Part shown: positions 11,002-23,517 of the stretch, piece by piece
Layout: every line of letters begins with the position of its first letter
Position numbering within the stretch: position 1 is the stretch's first letter
Translations under genes and position numbers: made by a program
Assembly (NCBI RefSeq): GCF_000143415.4
Contig: NW_003314310.1
Coordinates: 614,611-678,610, forward strand
Direction of reading: 5' to 3'
From: Selaginella moellendorffii
Taxonomy: Eukaryota > Plantae > Lycopodiophyta
Length of the DNA: 64,000 nt
The notes under the pieces: generated by a model
The model's database searches: none
The model's input: only the letters and a program-made list of their open reading frames with translations
What the model was told of the DNA's origin: nothing

Positions 11002-14000
11002 GTGGTGAGATTTAAGGACTTTGTAATTCTAGAATCAAGAGTAAGTGCCAATATCTTAATTATTAAAACTGAAAGATTCCTTTTCTATTTTTTTGCATGT
11101 GGTATGTTGTATTATTCAGGTTTCTGATGGTTTATGTTATAATGGTAAAAAAAATAATGATAATTGATTAAAAAAATTACAATTTTTTTATAAAATATTA
11201 ATTATATTCTAAAATGTGCATCAAAAGTTTTAGGCAAACCTTTGGTAGAATATCATTCCAACACTTACATGTAAAATAGTAAGGTAACATGCTCACATTC
11301 TTAAAGAAAATTGAGTTTAAGAGTTAATTTTTTACATTGCTAGTAAGGGAAAGGATATTGAAGTTGATACTAATACAAATAACTGTTATATAGATGAGTG
11401 ATGAGCTATGTGTGGTGATGTGGTTGCCACTACAGTATCATCAAGTTTATCATTACGTCCAATTAGAGTTGTTATTAGTAATATATTATGGATTTAGTTT
11501 ATGTAATATTGTATTTTAACTGTAACACTACCAAAATATAATTATTAAACAATAAAAAAAACACTTTAGCAACTATAATAAATTACAACTGCAAGAAAAA
11601 TTTGAAAAAACTTCAGGATAATCCATATTCTCAGCTACTACTCACAAATTTCTCCTCCCTATACTTCATGTTAGTTTTTGTTTTTGTCAGGTGTACAAAA
11701 AAGCCTATTTTGGTTAAAGTGAGACCATTTGGAGGTCTCACTTAGTTTGATTTTTATTAATTTTATTATCTAAAACACATATACTTAGCTAATTAATTAG
11801 GCCTAAATAAAGGAATATTCAAGCTTGATTCCCATTATACAGCAAATAATTATCTATCATAATAAGGAGGAGTTGCCAAACTTTCTGGGCCACCAGATCC
11901 AGCCAATTGCAGCTGTCCGATGCGGGGGGGGGGGGGGGGTTGTAACTGTAAAGGGGTTATTTCTTTAACCACATGTTAGTGAATAATCGCGCTAATGTTT
12001 GCTCCCAGCCAATGGGAGGCAGCCAATCTGCATGGGGCAAGAGAAGAAGGCACAGCAACACATGTCACATGCAAAGTGTTGACCGTGACTGTGCTTGTCG
12101 TCTGGGCATCGAGATCGCTCAAGCAGTAGCAGCAGCCCAAAGCCGCAAGGAAGATCTGGCAACTGGAGCAGGATCGATCATCCTCCTGGTAGTGGAGCGA
12201 GGTGTCACAGCATTCGGACGCACCGCTCGACTGGAACACAGTGTTCATCGGCTATAGTGACAGGATCTTGAGCATGGAGATGTTTAAGATCTTTGGGCAA
12301 GTGCTGGATTTCATGGGAATGTGCCAGTTCAAAAGAGTTCTAAATGTGGTGACCAGGTATCTTTATCTCTTTTTCTTTTTATCCTTTTTTCCGATGAATG
12401 CAAGGGCATTTTGTGCTCCTCCAGGTACTAGGCTTACCTAGCAACAGCATTGCTTGAGCAAGAGGGCTGTAGAAAGATCGGGGATCAAGCAGCCAAAGAA
12501 AAGCTATAAGTAGGTTATACTTCTCAAGATCGTCTCCTAGGATCACTAGGAGTTTTTCAGGAAGCAATGCCAATAGGTACAATAGTTATGATTTCCAACA
12601 TGAGGTTCACTCAACAAGTATAGCATCCATTCCTTAATATCAATTTCACTGACAGCTATAGCATGCACCTTGCGATAGCTTCAATGGCAGTTAATAAATA
12701 CAGCCACCTTTTTAAGCCATCTAACTGGCTGTGTATTCAACACTACAAGGTTAGAGTTAAGAATCTGAAATATCATTTGGGGCTCCATTGTCTCTCGATA
12801 AATATTTTCTACGGCCACACATGTTTGAGCATGGCTAGAGAAGGCTCCTCCAGTGCTTGATTTTGTCAGGCCATCAAACATTGTTCCACTAATTATAGGG
12901 GATACTTCTACTTATACTTTTGCAACAGTTGCTGCGTCAATCACTAGTGTGGATCAAATGCCTAACACTACAAACATTATATTCATTGTTGATGATTCTA
13001 AAGCTAATAACATTTATAAGGTATTTATAATAATCTGATTAGATTTTTTGGGTGAACTTCAAAAGCATGTGCATATGCTAGGTGATAATCATCATGGGTT
13101 TGCTAGGGACATGCTAAGTTGTATTTTTTACAGTTTCTTAGGAACTAAAGATAAAACTATGTTTAGGATTGCACCCTCGACTATTGTTTTGAAAATTCTT
13201 GACAACATGCCTTGGGACCATATATAGAAGCAACTGCACTTTGTTTCATCCATATACAGAAAGAACTTCTTTGGGGCATGTTTTTCTTGATGTTTACTAA
13301 TGGTTTATAATGCATGTTTTGTTAATAGGTGCATGGCTACTTCATCCATGAAAACCCTCGAGCAATCTCTATTTGTTGTGGTTGCCATGTTTGCAAAAAT
13401 TTAAGGTCAAAAAACAAATGTGAGATATTGGTTGGTGTCACCATTGCAAGAATGAATGAATATTCTTTCAAACTTTGTGGATCCATGGCAAATTTTATCC
13501 AGATAATGGCCACCCCCAAGACCTTTGCATGGAGGACACTTATATAGACCAAACATACGGTCTCACTCTTGGCCAATTTTTAAGAATGTTCACTTCTATT
13601 TGGATGTCTGGGGCAATCAAACTTTTGGAGACAAAAAAGCTACTAACAGGCCACTTCTTATTCTCAACTGGTGCCCATCAGAGCTCACCAAAAGCTATCG
13701 CATTCAAGGCTGATTAAAGTATTGTGCACTTTCATTTTTTGTTCCACAGTGTGCTTTCATTTTCTATTTGTATAATATATTGTCTATAAGTTTGCTGCAT
13801 AGTTGTATTTGGGATCCATTGTATTATTACAACCTCAAAGTCTCTTGCAAGGCTCTCCACCGAACTTCAGCTTCACTTCAAGCAAGGCAAATGCTTTCTT
13901 TGGCTTTAAGCTTGATAGTCTTTGAGGAATTCGTTTTTCTTTTCTTCTTTTTTCTCTATGAAACACTCATACCGATAGTTTGAAGTAGGCATTCTAATCA

Positions 14001-14157
14001 TCTTCGTAACTTCTTTGAAATGTAGGAACACTGCGACTTGGTTGATGATAGATGATAATTTTGGAGTACAAACACTGGCTACACCATTCCTAACCATACC
14101 TGTGCCTTTGTCAACTTCCATTCACTTTGCATCGATCTTGCACACTGAAAAAATCCA

Positions 14158-14517
14158 ATGAAGTACCAACCTGAGCGATTTCTAGAGGCTGACATCGACA
14201 TGTTCAGACAAGATTACAACTTGCTGCCGTTTGGATCTGGAAGGCAAATGTGCCCTGGAACTAAACTTGGATTTGACACGCTGCAGATTGGCACTGCTAC
14301 ACTGGTTCAGGGATTTGAGTGGAAGTTGGCAAAGGGACAAGATCCAGCTGAGATCAACATGGACAAGACTTATGACTTGGTTTGTCACAAAATGCAGCCA
14401 CTCATTGCTGTTCCGAAAGCACAGCTTGAAAGGGCAATTGCAGAGTACCTTCACGGTAAACATTCTCCAACCGGCCCCCTCCTGCTTAAACTCAACATTG
14501 TCTTAGAAGAGCTTTAG
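14158..14517 (+). pseudogene. Cytochrome P450 C-terminal fragment (captured)
   Basis: PERF motif and heme-binding FGSGRQMCPG; no upstream P450 coding sequence. Confidence 0.88.
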
Positions 14518-14520
14518 ATT

Positions 14521-14883
14521 CTAGAGATTGGAGGGCTTGAAAACATTGAAATTTCTGAGAGATGTTGAGATGATTGTTTTCAATAGCTATGGATGCCAGT
14601 AAACTTCTTTTAAGTTGCTTTGTCCCTGAAGAAAAAAGATAGATTTACTTCTCTTTGGAATATTAAAAAATCAATCTAAAAACTTTTACCAAGCTTTTCA
14701 TGCAAGCATCGAAGAGATTGTTTCACTTGTGCTTCTTGATCTGGGAAAGCTTCCAAATCCCACACGCTGCTCATAACAACAACAGAATGCTAAACCGAGA
14801 AAAGAGAGACACACACTACAATAACTGGTGGTCAGCTGACGTTGCCACCAACATGGAACTTTCATGAGAAGACCAGGAAGTTA
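14521..14883 (-). pseudogene. GRWD1/RRB1-like WD40 gene fragment, 3' exons
   Basis: The - strand gives WSSHESSMLVATSADHQL, VWDLEAFPDQE and QGQSNLKEVYWHP*LLKTIISTS...PSNL*, matching the GRWD1 C-terminus; the pieces are separated by intron-like sequence. Confidence 0.7.
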
Positions 14884-16256
14884 TTGGTTAAGCAGATCGA
14901 CTAGGCCGTTTTCGGTACATTCGTCCGAGGCATAGGATCATCCGCCCGGTAACCCAGTACCGACCACGACCAAAACGATTTCCCTAAACAATTCCTATGT
15001 CACCTCCTACGGTTTGGGTGTCCGGGGGGTACCTGTATCATGGAAGACGAGGATTAGTAATGCAATCTCCGCTAGCTCTATCTCTCATTTTGTGAAAGTA
15101 CGAAGCTAGGTCTCAAAACTGAACTGAGATTTGCACGACTGATGCTCGCGAGCCAATGTACTCAGGTACATGCCCGGGCCACACATCAGAAGTGACTTCC
15201 AAAGATTAGAGCTAAGGAACATGCTCAACCTGATCGCTATCCGTTGACTCATGGATCTCGCCGTCTGGACCAGTCGCTGTCATCCCGTCTTTTTTCTAAG
15301 CGGATGATTAGAAGCTGGAACAGTCGAGAGTACAAGCACTACCTGGGCAGAGTCAGTAAGAACCCCTTGTGTCGCTGTGGTGTTTAGTTCCAGCGCTCTG
15401 GCCGAGAGAGATTCCTACAGGCCAAGGGTAAAAAACCGCGGCAAAACGAATCGTTTGTACCCGTTTTTGCGTGGCCAGGAATGTGGAAGTGAGATTCCTC
15501 GCGACCTTAGTGGTGGGTGTAAGCTCGTTTTGAGCTATCCCCAAACAAGCACTTCGTTGGCGCTGCTCATTCTTGCGGTGCGCAACGAAGCGGCTGTTGA
15601 TCCTGGAGTGGGCGAGAAGTGTGCGTGGTTGTGCTAGCGCACAGCCTTGCAGCGGCCCGAGCTTGCTCTGCTTGTGGATGCGCTCCTGGAGAATGCGGCG
15701 GTGGCGGATGCAAGCGAGAAACCCTAACGTTAGGGTTTTTCCCGTCGCTTCATACCTTTCGGTGTGAGAAAATCCAGCGCCCGCAGCCATGAAGTCGAAT
15801 AGCTATAGCTTGTAATTAGGTTTGCCAATCCGTACGGCGTGTTTCTTCGCGCGAGATTCTGTGAGGAATCCAAGGTTTTGTTTTTTACCATGCCACGTCT
15901 ACTCATGTATTCCATTAGTTTATTCCTGGGAAAACAGAGTTTTCTGTAAGTAAGGTTTCCTTTAAAAATTGTTTTTAAGGAAGACCTTACTGTGATTAAG
16001 GCGTGGGATCTGTCTCAGAGTGAGAGAACAGCAACTTGTGTTGTTTTTTAATTTTTATCAATCAAAACACAGTTGTAGTCGAAGGTGCGCTTGCGTTTTT
16101 TAGTTCAGCGCATGACCAAGGACTGCATGGTAAGTTTGGGGGAACTAATTCTTTTGTTGTTCACAGTCCAAAACGGCATAAATATCGAATCTATTATGTT
16201 TCGATATGATGCTAAAGTGATGGATAGTCCTGTCTAGAGGACAGAGTTCCTGGTAC

Positions 16257-18399
16257 TCAGCTTGAATTTGCTGAGTCGTCGAGCTGTGGTGGCCTATTGG
16301 CCGGTTCTCTCCAGATGTCAAAGAGAATTTCCAAGACTGCTTGTACCGGAGTCAGGGGGCTGGTGAGAATGATACGATCCAGACCACTGAGGATGAGTCG
16401 TCTCAATGCATAGCGATGGAATCCTTTTTCCACGAAGCATTCAACGAGATTATCAATCTCGAGGACGACACCACTGGCGGTATTAATCAGATAAAAAAGC
16501 GCAAAGACTTGCCCCAGGATCACCTTGGATGAGTTTGCGACGGGTCGGTTTGAATCTCGATGAATGTACAGCGAGACTTTGAATGGAAGTGATCGTCACT
16601 TGTCATATTTTGTGGTTAAGAAGGTACCATCAACTCGTATGATCTGAATCTGAAGGCTCAAGAAGTGAGCGGACAGATTCACGAGCGAGCCGTCCGTGTT
16701 CACGAATGGATTATCCATCTCGTTCTGCATGGCCAGGAAGCGTAATGGATATATCCAGAACGGATTTCCTTCAGATTTGACTTGATCAGGGTCAAGGAAT
16801 CGGAGGATCATGGGGTTATTCATTGACACCAGATCGTCCATGTATCGGAACGTATGTTCGAATAAGCGCAGCAGATCGTACCAGCCTAAACGAGCGAGTC
16901 AAGTGATAAAGTTATACTCGAAATAGAATAGGTACAGGTTACACCACAGAGGCGAGCACGAGAAGCCCATAGGAATTCCTCGGACTTGTCTCCATACTCT
17001 GTCACCCAGCCGGACGTATGGGATAATGAAGTGATTTAGCTCGATGACTTTTGTTGGATCCATTCTGGTGGCCTTCACTGATGAGTCGTAGAGGTTTCCA
17101 TTCGGCCTCAAGCTTGTCGTTCTTCTTTTGAATCAGAAAAAGGTCCTTATGGAGGTGGTTTTGGTGCGCGAAAGCCAGATTGACGAGGTTTGTCATGGCC
17201 GTCGTGAGGCCTTGATCTCCCTCGAGGGGGATGGCCTCGTAGCACTTTGTGATATCTCCCGTATAGATCGTGGTGATCTTGTCGGGGAGATTAATCGCAA
17301 ACTCCTGTGTGGACCCAAGGATCCAGCACGCGTTCGTTTTTCCTCCAAAGAATTTTGCCCGTGCGTAGAAATCATCGGCTACGTTTTGTAGCACCTCCTG
17401 TATTCCTTTCAGGATAGCTGTGAGGCAAATTGTGATTTCAGAGAAGATACATCCATCCGCATTCGTTAACCAGCGCATTTTATTCTTATGCGCTTTATAG
17501 ATTCCCATAAGGTAAGGGAGATCTGGTTTCTGCGGCGGGAATTCCTGTAAGGGCGGTTCACCGAGCAGTTGTTTTACAACTTGCTCAGGCGTCTCAGGGA
17601 CATTATTGTCCGAGACTACTAGTGAAAAGTCGTCACTATTCATCCGCGCAAGCGCTTGCTCCCGGGCCAACGTTTTGCAAAAGAAGGTGGGTGTGTTGGC
17701 CGCTTTATCTGCGCCACTGATGTACAAGTGTTTATGTACCCACTCCAATTGCCGCTTTGCCTCAGGGGTGGTCATCACATCTACCATCGGGGTGGTCTGG
17801 CAATTTTGTACTGCCATTCGGACCCGGTAATTGATATGCTGTTTAACAGCAGCTTCGTTGCTAGGCCAGTTACGGATGTAGACATCGGGGATCATACTGG
17901 CAACCCGATCCCAGGCCTCACAGACTTCAGCAATGATTTTTGCTGTCTGGAGTGGTTTCGGGGTGATGTGATTGAGACCTTTCTCGATGACAGTCATGAG
18001 TATGCGTGAGCCAAGGATCTTTGGATCCAAAGTACGCACATGTCCAGTCTCGTCGAGGTAAGTCACCCATGGCCAATGTTTGCATTCGCAAACCAGTGGT
18101 GCATGAGTGTCCCAGTTACAGAAAACCTCTTTGGGTTTATAGAAGTCGTGTTTGATCTGGGGTTCATACCTCCAGCCAAATACGATGGGATCCAGGAGTT
18201 CCGCGTCTAGGCCAATCATTTCCAGGCATTCCCTCATAAGGGTGCGGATACTGATCCTCTCGAATCCGGCGCTAATATATCGGAGGTGTACGAATTTTCG
18301 TTCACACTCCGTTTCCTCTTTGACCAACCATTTACGTCCGGCCAAATGATGGATGTAGTGTAAAGTACACTGTGGAAGCAATCACGAGAGCACTTTCAT
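16257..18399 (-). pseudogene. PLE reverse transcriptase ORF2 (frameshift near 17100, several in-frame TGA stops)
   Basis: GHVRTLDPKIL...KGLNH; ADKAAN...FCK; LPYLMGIYKAHK; CWILGST; TGDITKCYEAIP; RQVRGIPMGFSCSPLWCNLYL; FRYMDD; YDK*R...SNRP. This motif set is typical of Penelope-like RTs. Confidence 0.88.
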
Positions 18400-20590
18400 T
18401 AGCTACCAATCATGGAAGGAGAAAACAGAAATTTATTTATCGCTGCTTTCTTGCACCGAGCCTTTTGCGTAGCCTCTGTTTGTTTGAGCTTGCATTGGCC
18501 TCGGACGTCTTGGAGATTGATGGTGGTGTGCCCGTCTCCTGTGATGTTAGTCCCGTGGATGTTTGTCCGTCGGGACGATCACGTTTCCGATTAGGTGGTA
18601 AGCCTCGAGACCTTGCCGGCGTGCGTTGTGAGGACGGTGTAGGTGAGAAAGCTCCATTGCTTTCGCTACCATCACGTCGTGAAGTCGTTGAGGATCGGTA
18701 CTGCTGGACGGGGATGAACTTGCATATGTTCATCTTGGTTTGTCCATGCGGGATGAACTCCAGATCCGGGTTGGCTGGTTTTTTCGCCACCTCAATAGCA
18801 GCTGCTTGCATCCATTCTCGGATTTGAAGGAAGGCAGCTATCTGGAGGATCACTTGCGGATTAGCCGTAAGTAGGGACAGGAAGATGGCGAGGCGGTCTG
18901 ACGACGTCAAGCTTGAATCTGGCCAGTACTTGTCCAGGTTGTTAAGCATGTACCAGAACAAGGAGTCAAGCCAGACAATTCCTCCTTCACATCCCTGGCA
19001 ATCGCAGCGACAGTACGGTCGAAGCTGATTCCATGTACGTTGATCTCCTTGTGATAGGTTCCAGCTTTTTGTATTCAAAAAGGCATCGCCATCACAGCGT
19101 CCATGGAAGGCAGCCTGCTTGAAAACCTCATCCGCGGTCTTTTGGAACGGGATTGCTGGTTTGTAAGAATAATTTCCCAATGTTGCATGTCGGTAAGATG
19201 CTTCCAGTGTCTGTTTTGACCACTGTACTGCATCCGGTCGTACTCAAGCCGCCATCTGGATCCAGTCGGATGCCTCCAAGGGGGATGTCCATCCTAAAGG
19301 ATTCGTTAGCGTCCAGAACTTATGCGGTTCTGGAAGGCGGTGGGGCGCTGCATCGAGAACTCTTGTGGTGGCGAAGGGAAATTTCCATCCACTCAAATTC
19401 TCCAACGGGTCAAACATGATACGACCATTATCAATGCGGTCCATGTTTGCTCCTTCCAGAGTATCTGGCTGTGACGGGATGAGTCGAGTATTGTGCTCGC
19501 TTCTCATAGTGTAGTTTTAGTTTTAGGGACTAGATTAGATTTGAAACTCCTAGGAAAATCTCGTGTGGACGTTTCCTCCCAGTCCAGAGATTCCAAAGGT
19601 TTTCACTGGCGACAACGGTGGGATAGGCGAAGTGAAGAGCACCCAAAGAACAAATACTGGAAGCCTTAGCCACAACTAAAAGAACAAGCCGAAGTCAAGA
19701 ATCAAGGGAAAAGTAAAAAAGAAACAAAAAGAAGAAAATCGACAAAAATCTACAGCAAGAAGCATGGCAAACATGCTAGAGACCAAGCGCTTGAAGACTA
19801 CGATCATCTAGTGATCGCCCACTTCTCAGAAAGTCCAAGCATCTTCCATAACCGCCTCTTGGTGAGAGGTTGATGACGAAGAATATTCTACACATCAGAA
19901 TATTTGAAGAATCTCCGACAAGAAATCAGAGCAAGCAAGTGTTAACGAGCATGAAAACATGAAGAACACTTGAAGATTGAAGCCACCCAAATCGCAGAAA
20001 ACTTGGGGTGTGAGTGTAATCGCTTTTAGCGAGAGGTTGAAGAAAACGAATATATCAAGAATTTGCGACAAAGAAACGACCAAAGAAAAATTCTAGCAGC
20101 TGGCGATGGAGGAAGAATGAAAAAGCATAACTGCCCATTTGGAGATACAAGCTGTACAAGATACGAGGACTGCCTTTTGTGTGGATTCAAAAATTGTGCT
20201 AAACCATACAAGCAATGCTACCAAAATGGCGATGCAACACTTGCAAACAAGCAAAAGCAAGACTGCGAATCAGGGATGACATTGCCGCAACAGAAGAGAG
20301 AAAGAAACGAGAAGAAATAGCCCACGAAAATGACACCAAAAAGAGTGACGATAGTTTAGAAAAAGAAGAAAAACAGAGCACTAGTTGCTTTCAAGAATTC
20401 AAAGAAACAGTCTTGCGACTATTACACAATTTGTGCAGCAAATTGAAAGAACCAAAGGGGAGGAATGATAAAAGAGAATGAACAATCACCAAAATTTTGT
20501 AGCCCACATGAGGAGAGCGATAACAATGACGCAAAATGGAAATTTTGGGCTTGCACGAGAGACCAGCGAGATGAGGAAATCCCTTGATAG

Positions 20591-21139
20591 ATGCAAGATT
20601 CTCAAAACTTTTTAGAAGCCATCAAGCAGCTGCCATCTGAGATTCAGGAACGAATCTTTAATTTAGTTCACAACACATTAGACAAGGAGAACTATACACC
20701 AATTTGCAACGGCGCTATCATACACGGCGCACAGTTTATAGGAAAACAAGATAAACAAGAATTGTATACGTGGAGAATCATCCTCGAGCTCTCGTGGAGA
20801 TCTTTCGTGTACATCGAACAAGAATTTATTTGTCTCAAGGAAGAAGTTGAGTGGCATACTTGGGACGCTGTCACTCGAATTTACGAAGAAATTCCAAGGT
20901 TCCTACTTAGAGAAATACAGGAAATACTTGGACAGCAATTTGTAAGAGGATTTATTACACCGGTTGGAAGTGCAATACATGAGCTTATTGACCTCAAGAT
21001 AAAGGAAGGACTGTGGGCAAAAGAGTGCTGGATAAACCCGCGCACACATAGGCTTAAAGCAACAAGAATCTGTTGGAAACTATACTGTGACGTGTGGACG
21101 TCATTAGAGACTAGAAACATACAAGAATTAGGACATTAA
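20591..21139 (+). CDS. Extra ORF of unknown function upstream of gag in the LTR element
   Basis: 182-aa open frame with protein-like composition; no recognised domain. Confidence 0.4.
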   Translation: MQDSQNFLEAIKQLPSEIQERIFNLVHNTLDKENYTPICNGAIIHGAQFIGKQDKQELYTWRIILELSWRSFVYIEQEFICLKEEVEWHTWDAVTRIYEEIPRFLLREIQEILGQQFVRGFITPVGSAIHELIDLKIKEGLWAKECWINPRTHRLKATRICWKLYCDVWTSLETRNIQELGH

Positions 21140-21717
21140 AAATACAACCACTGCTATATTCAGCATTTTTAAATATTACTATCGACTGGGAAACACAAAT
21201 GCTCATAGTGAGAGCTCGCATTCCCGTACGACCAACATATTGTAAGAGACCAAAACAATTATTCAAGAATTTAGAAAAGATTGGACTCCTAAAGAGAGTT
21301 GCAATCGTTTGCATACCTGCTCGATCCCAAAGTTGGAGAGCAGCACCAAATATTACTAGCGAACAGCTACACCGATCAATTTATGACACAACCGACCTCC
21401 TTCCAACAAACAAAATCGTGCTTACTTACACCACCAAATTTTTCAAATACAAGACCTTTCCTGAGCTAGACTCGTGAAAGTGACCTGGAGAAGAAACTCG
21501 GGAAGAATCGAGAAACAAACACTCGATTGAAGACTCAAGACATAAGAGCTTGACTTCGCATTTATATGACAAAATACAAACCTGCAAAAGACTCAAGACA
21601 CAAGAGCTTGACTTTGCAATCTATGAAAAACAACATTTGATTCAACACACCGTAGATGAATCACAAAATTCAGGAAGTTTACCTCGGCATTTAAGTCGAG
21701 AAGATTTAGAAAACTGA

Positions 21718-23517
21718 ATGCACAAACATAAACCAGACCCAATCAAGATCCGGGAAAGAGATCTTCGACAAAAGAATCGCGAAGTGAAAAAGGAAGAGAT
21801 AGAAAAAGAGAAACTAGAACAACAACAGCAACAAATTTTAGAAACAATATTAGAGAAGTACGACAAGGAGGATAAAGAAATTCAAGTTGCCGAGTCGAGC
21901 AACTCAGTCAAAGATAACAAAGAACTAAATAGTGAAGACGCCCCAAAGTTTGAGGCATTTGAAGAAGCCGAATACATAGCCCCAAAGTTTTACTCCAATC
22001 CAGACTCACCAGAACAACAACTTCACCAACAAAGTCTACAATTTCAAATGGCAATCATCAATCCAGCGACAGCCATAGGGAACATGATTTCCTATCCCAT
22101 TTTTACTGGTGGAAAAACCGAAGATGCAAACCAGCATCTTAAACAATTTGATCAAATTGTAAAGATGAACAAACAGGAAATGCATCGAGAAATACTTTTC
22201 CCATACACACTTAAAGGAAAAGCACTCGATTGGCATAATACACTCGATGATGTTTTGACCCATGATGAAAAGGTCACACAATTCAAGGAGCAATTCCAGA
22301 CCGGTGGAACTCCAGAAGAACATTATGAGATCATCAAAAACTTCAAGCAAAAATCACGTGAAGGAATTCAAGATTACACTCGAAGATTTAAGTTTCATGC
22401 AAAGCGCTGCAAGGATTTGATAACAGATAAAGAAAAGAGCTTAACCTATATCCAAGGACTAAAAGAAATCTATAGAAACATGGTAGCAATTGCTACTGCA
22501 ACAGAGAATCCAGACGATGAAAGTGTTGATACACTCTCCAAAGAAATCCTCACATTGGAAAAGAGATTCAAGCAATTCACAAAAGCTATACCTTCACAAA
22601 CCGATGACGGTTCAGATGATGAAGAAGAGGAAGAAATACGCATTAAGACAAAGAAGAAAACACCAAAAGACCAAGACTTGAAGGATATAATCAGGAAAAT
22701 CTCACAAACCAAACTCAAAGCAGGAGTGTGGTGTACAAAGTGTAAAAATGAAGGACATACATATTTGGAATGCAAATTTCAGCTTCCAAAATGTCAAATT
22801 TGCGATAGAGAAGGCCATATAGCCAAGAATTGCCGATTTAGGAATACAATGGAAGTTTCAAGAATCAAGAATACTTCTCGTCGAGAGCCCAATCTTCGAT
22901 ATCAAGGAAACTGGAATCAAAATGCACGACCACTACGCAATGAACCTCCAAGATATAACAATTATTATCAACGTGATGATAATTTGTACAATCAAAGAGG
23001 AAACTTTTACCGTCAGAACAATCGCAACTACAATAGAATACCCCCTCAAGATCAAAGACCAAACAACTATTCTGGAAACTATGGAAGAAACTACAATGCA
23101 TATCAGCAACGTGATGGACCTCGTGACAACTACCAATGTCCTCCCCCACGAAATTACAATTATGATCAAAAACCATATTGCAACTATAATCAAAGACCAC
23201 CTCAAGCTCAAGGTTACAATTACAACCAGCGACTTGCACCACAACAAGATAATCGACCTCGGCAACCTTACCAAAATGCAAATCGTGAAAATAACCAAGG
23301 AGTAAACAATCAGGCTCCGAGGCCAAGACCACCAGCAGCACGGAATGTTGAGGTGGAAATTGACGAACCACAAACTTTTGAAGAACCAGCAATACGAACT
23401 ATCACGAGACAACAATACAAGTCTCAGCAACCAGATAATCTGGAAGAACAAGATTACAATGATGAACTGGAAATTATCCCAGAAACCGAATGGAAGAAAA
23501 AGCAAGAAAATACTTAA
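21718..23517 (+). CDS. gag: Retrotransposon Gag (capsid + two CCHC zinc knuckles + N/Q/Y/R-rich tail)
   Basis: FPYTLKGKALDWHN...FKQKSREGIQDYTRRF; CTKCKNEGHTYLEC and CQICDREGHIAKNC. Confidence 0.9.
   Translation: MHKHKPDPIKIRERDLRQKNREVKKEEIEKEKLEQQQQQILETILEKYDKEDKEIQVAESSNSVKDNKELNSEDAPKFEAFEEAEYIAPKFYSNPDSPEQQLHQQSLQFQMAIINPATAIGNMISYPIFTGGKTEDANQHLKQFDQIVKMNKQEMHREILFPYTLKGKALDWHNTLDDVLTHDEKVTQFKEQFQTGGTPEEHYEIIKNFKQKSREGIQDYTRRFKFHAKRCKDLITDKEKSLTYIQGLKEIYRNMVAIATATENPDDESVDTLSKEILTLEKRFKQFTKAIPSQTDDGSDDEEEEEIRIKTKKKTPKDQDLKDIIRKISQTKLKAGVWCTKCKNEGHTYLECKFQLPKCQICDREGHIAKNCRFRNTMEVSRIKNTSRREPNLRYQGNWNQNARPLRNEPPRYNNYYQRDDNLYNQRGNFYRQNNRNYNRIPPQDQRPNNYSGNYGRNYNAYQQRDGPRDNYQCPPPRNYNYDQKPYCNYNQRPPQAQGYNYNQRLAPQQDNRPRQPYQNANRENNQGVNNQAPRPRPPAARNVEVEIDEPQTFEEPAIRTITRQQYKSQQPDNLEEQDYNDELEIIPETEWKKKQENT

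Noticed and set aside
11924-11939. G16 tract as a functional G-quadruplex
   Set aside because: The homologous position in Helitron B has only G5, so this is a simple homopolymer expansion.
14884-15400. True LTRs for the 517-bp direct repeats
   Set aside because: No TG..CA ends, PBS, PPT or TSD, and the RT is Penelope-type.
14884-16256. Hammerhead ribozyme in the PLE terminal repeats
   Set aside because: I found no CUGANGA...GAAA core with flanking stems on the sense strand by eye; an Infernal or RNAMotif search is needed to exclude variants.
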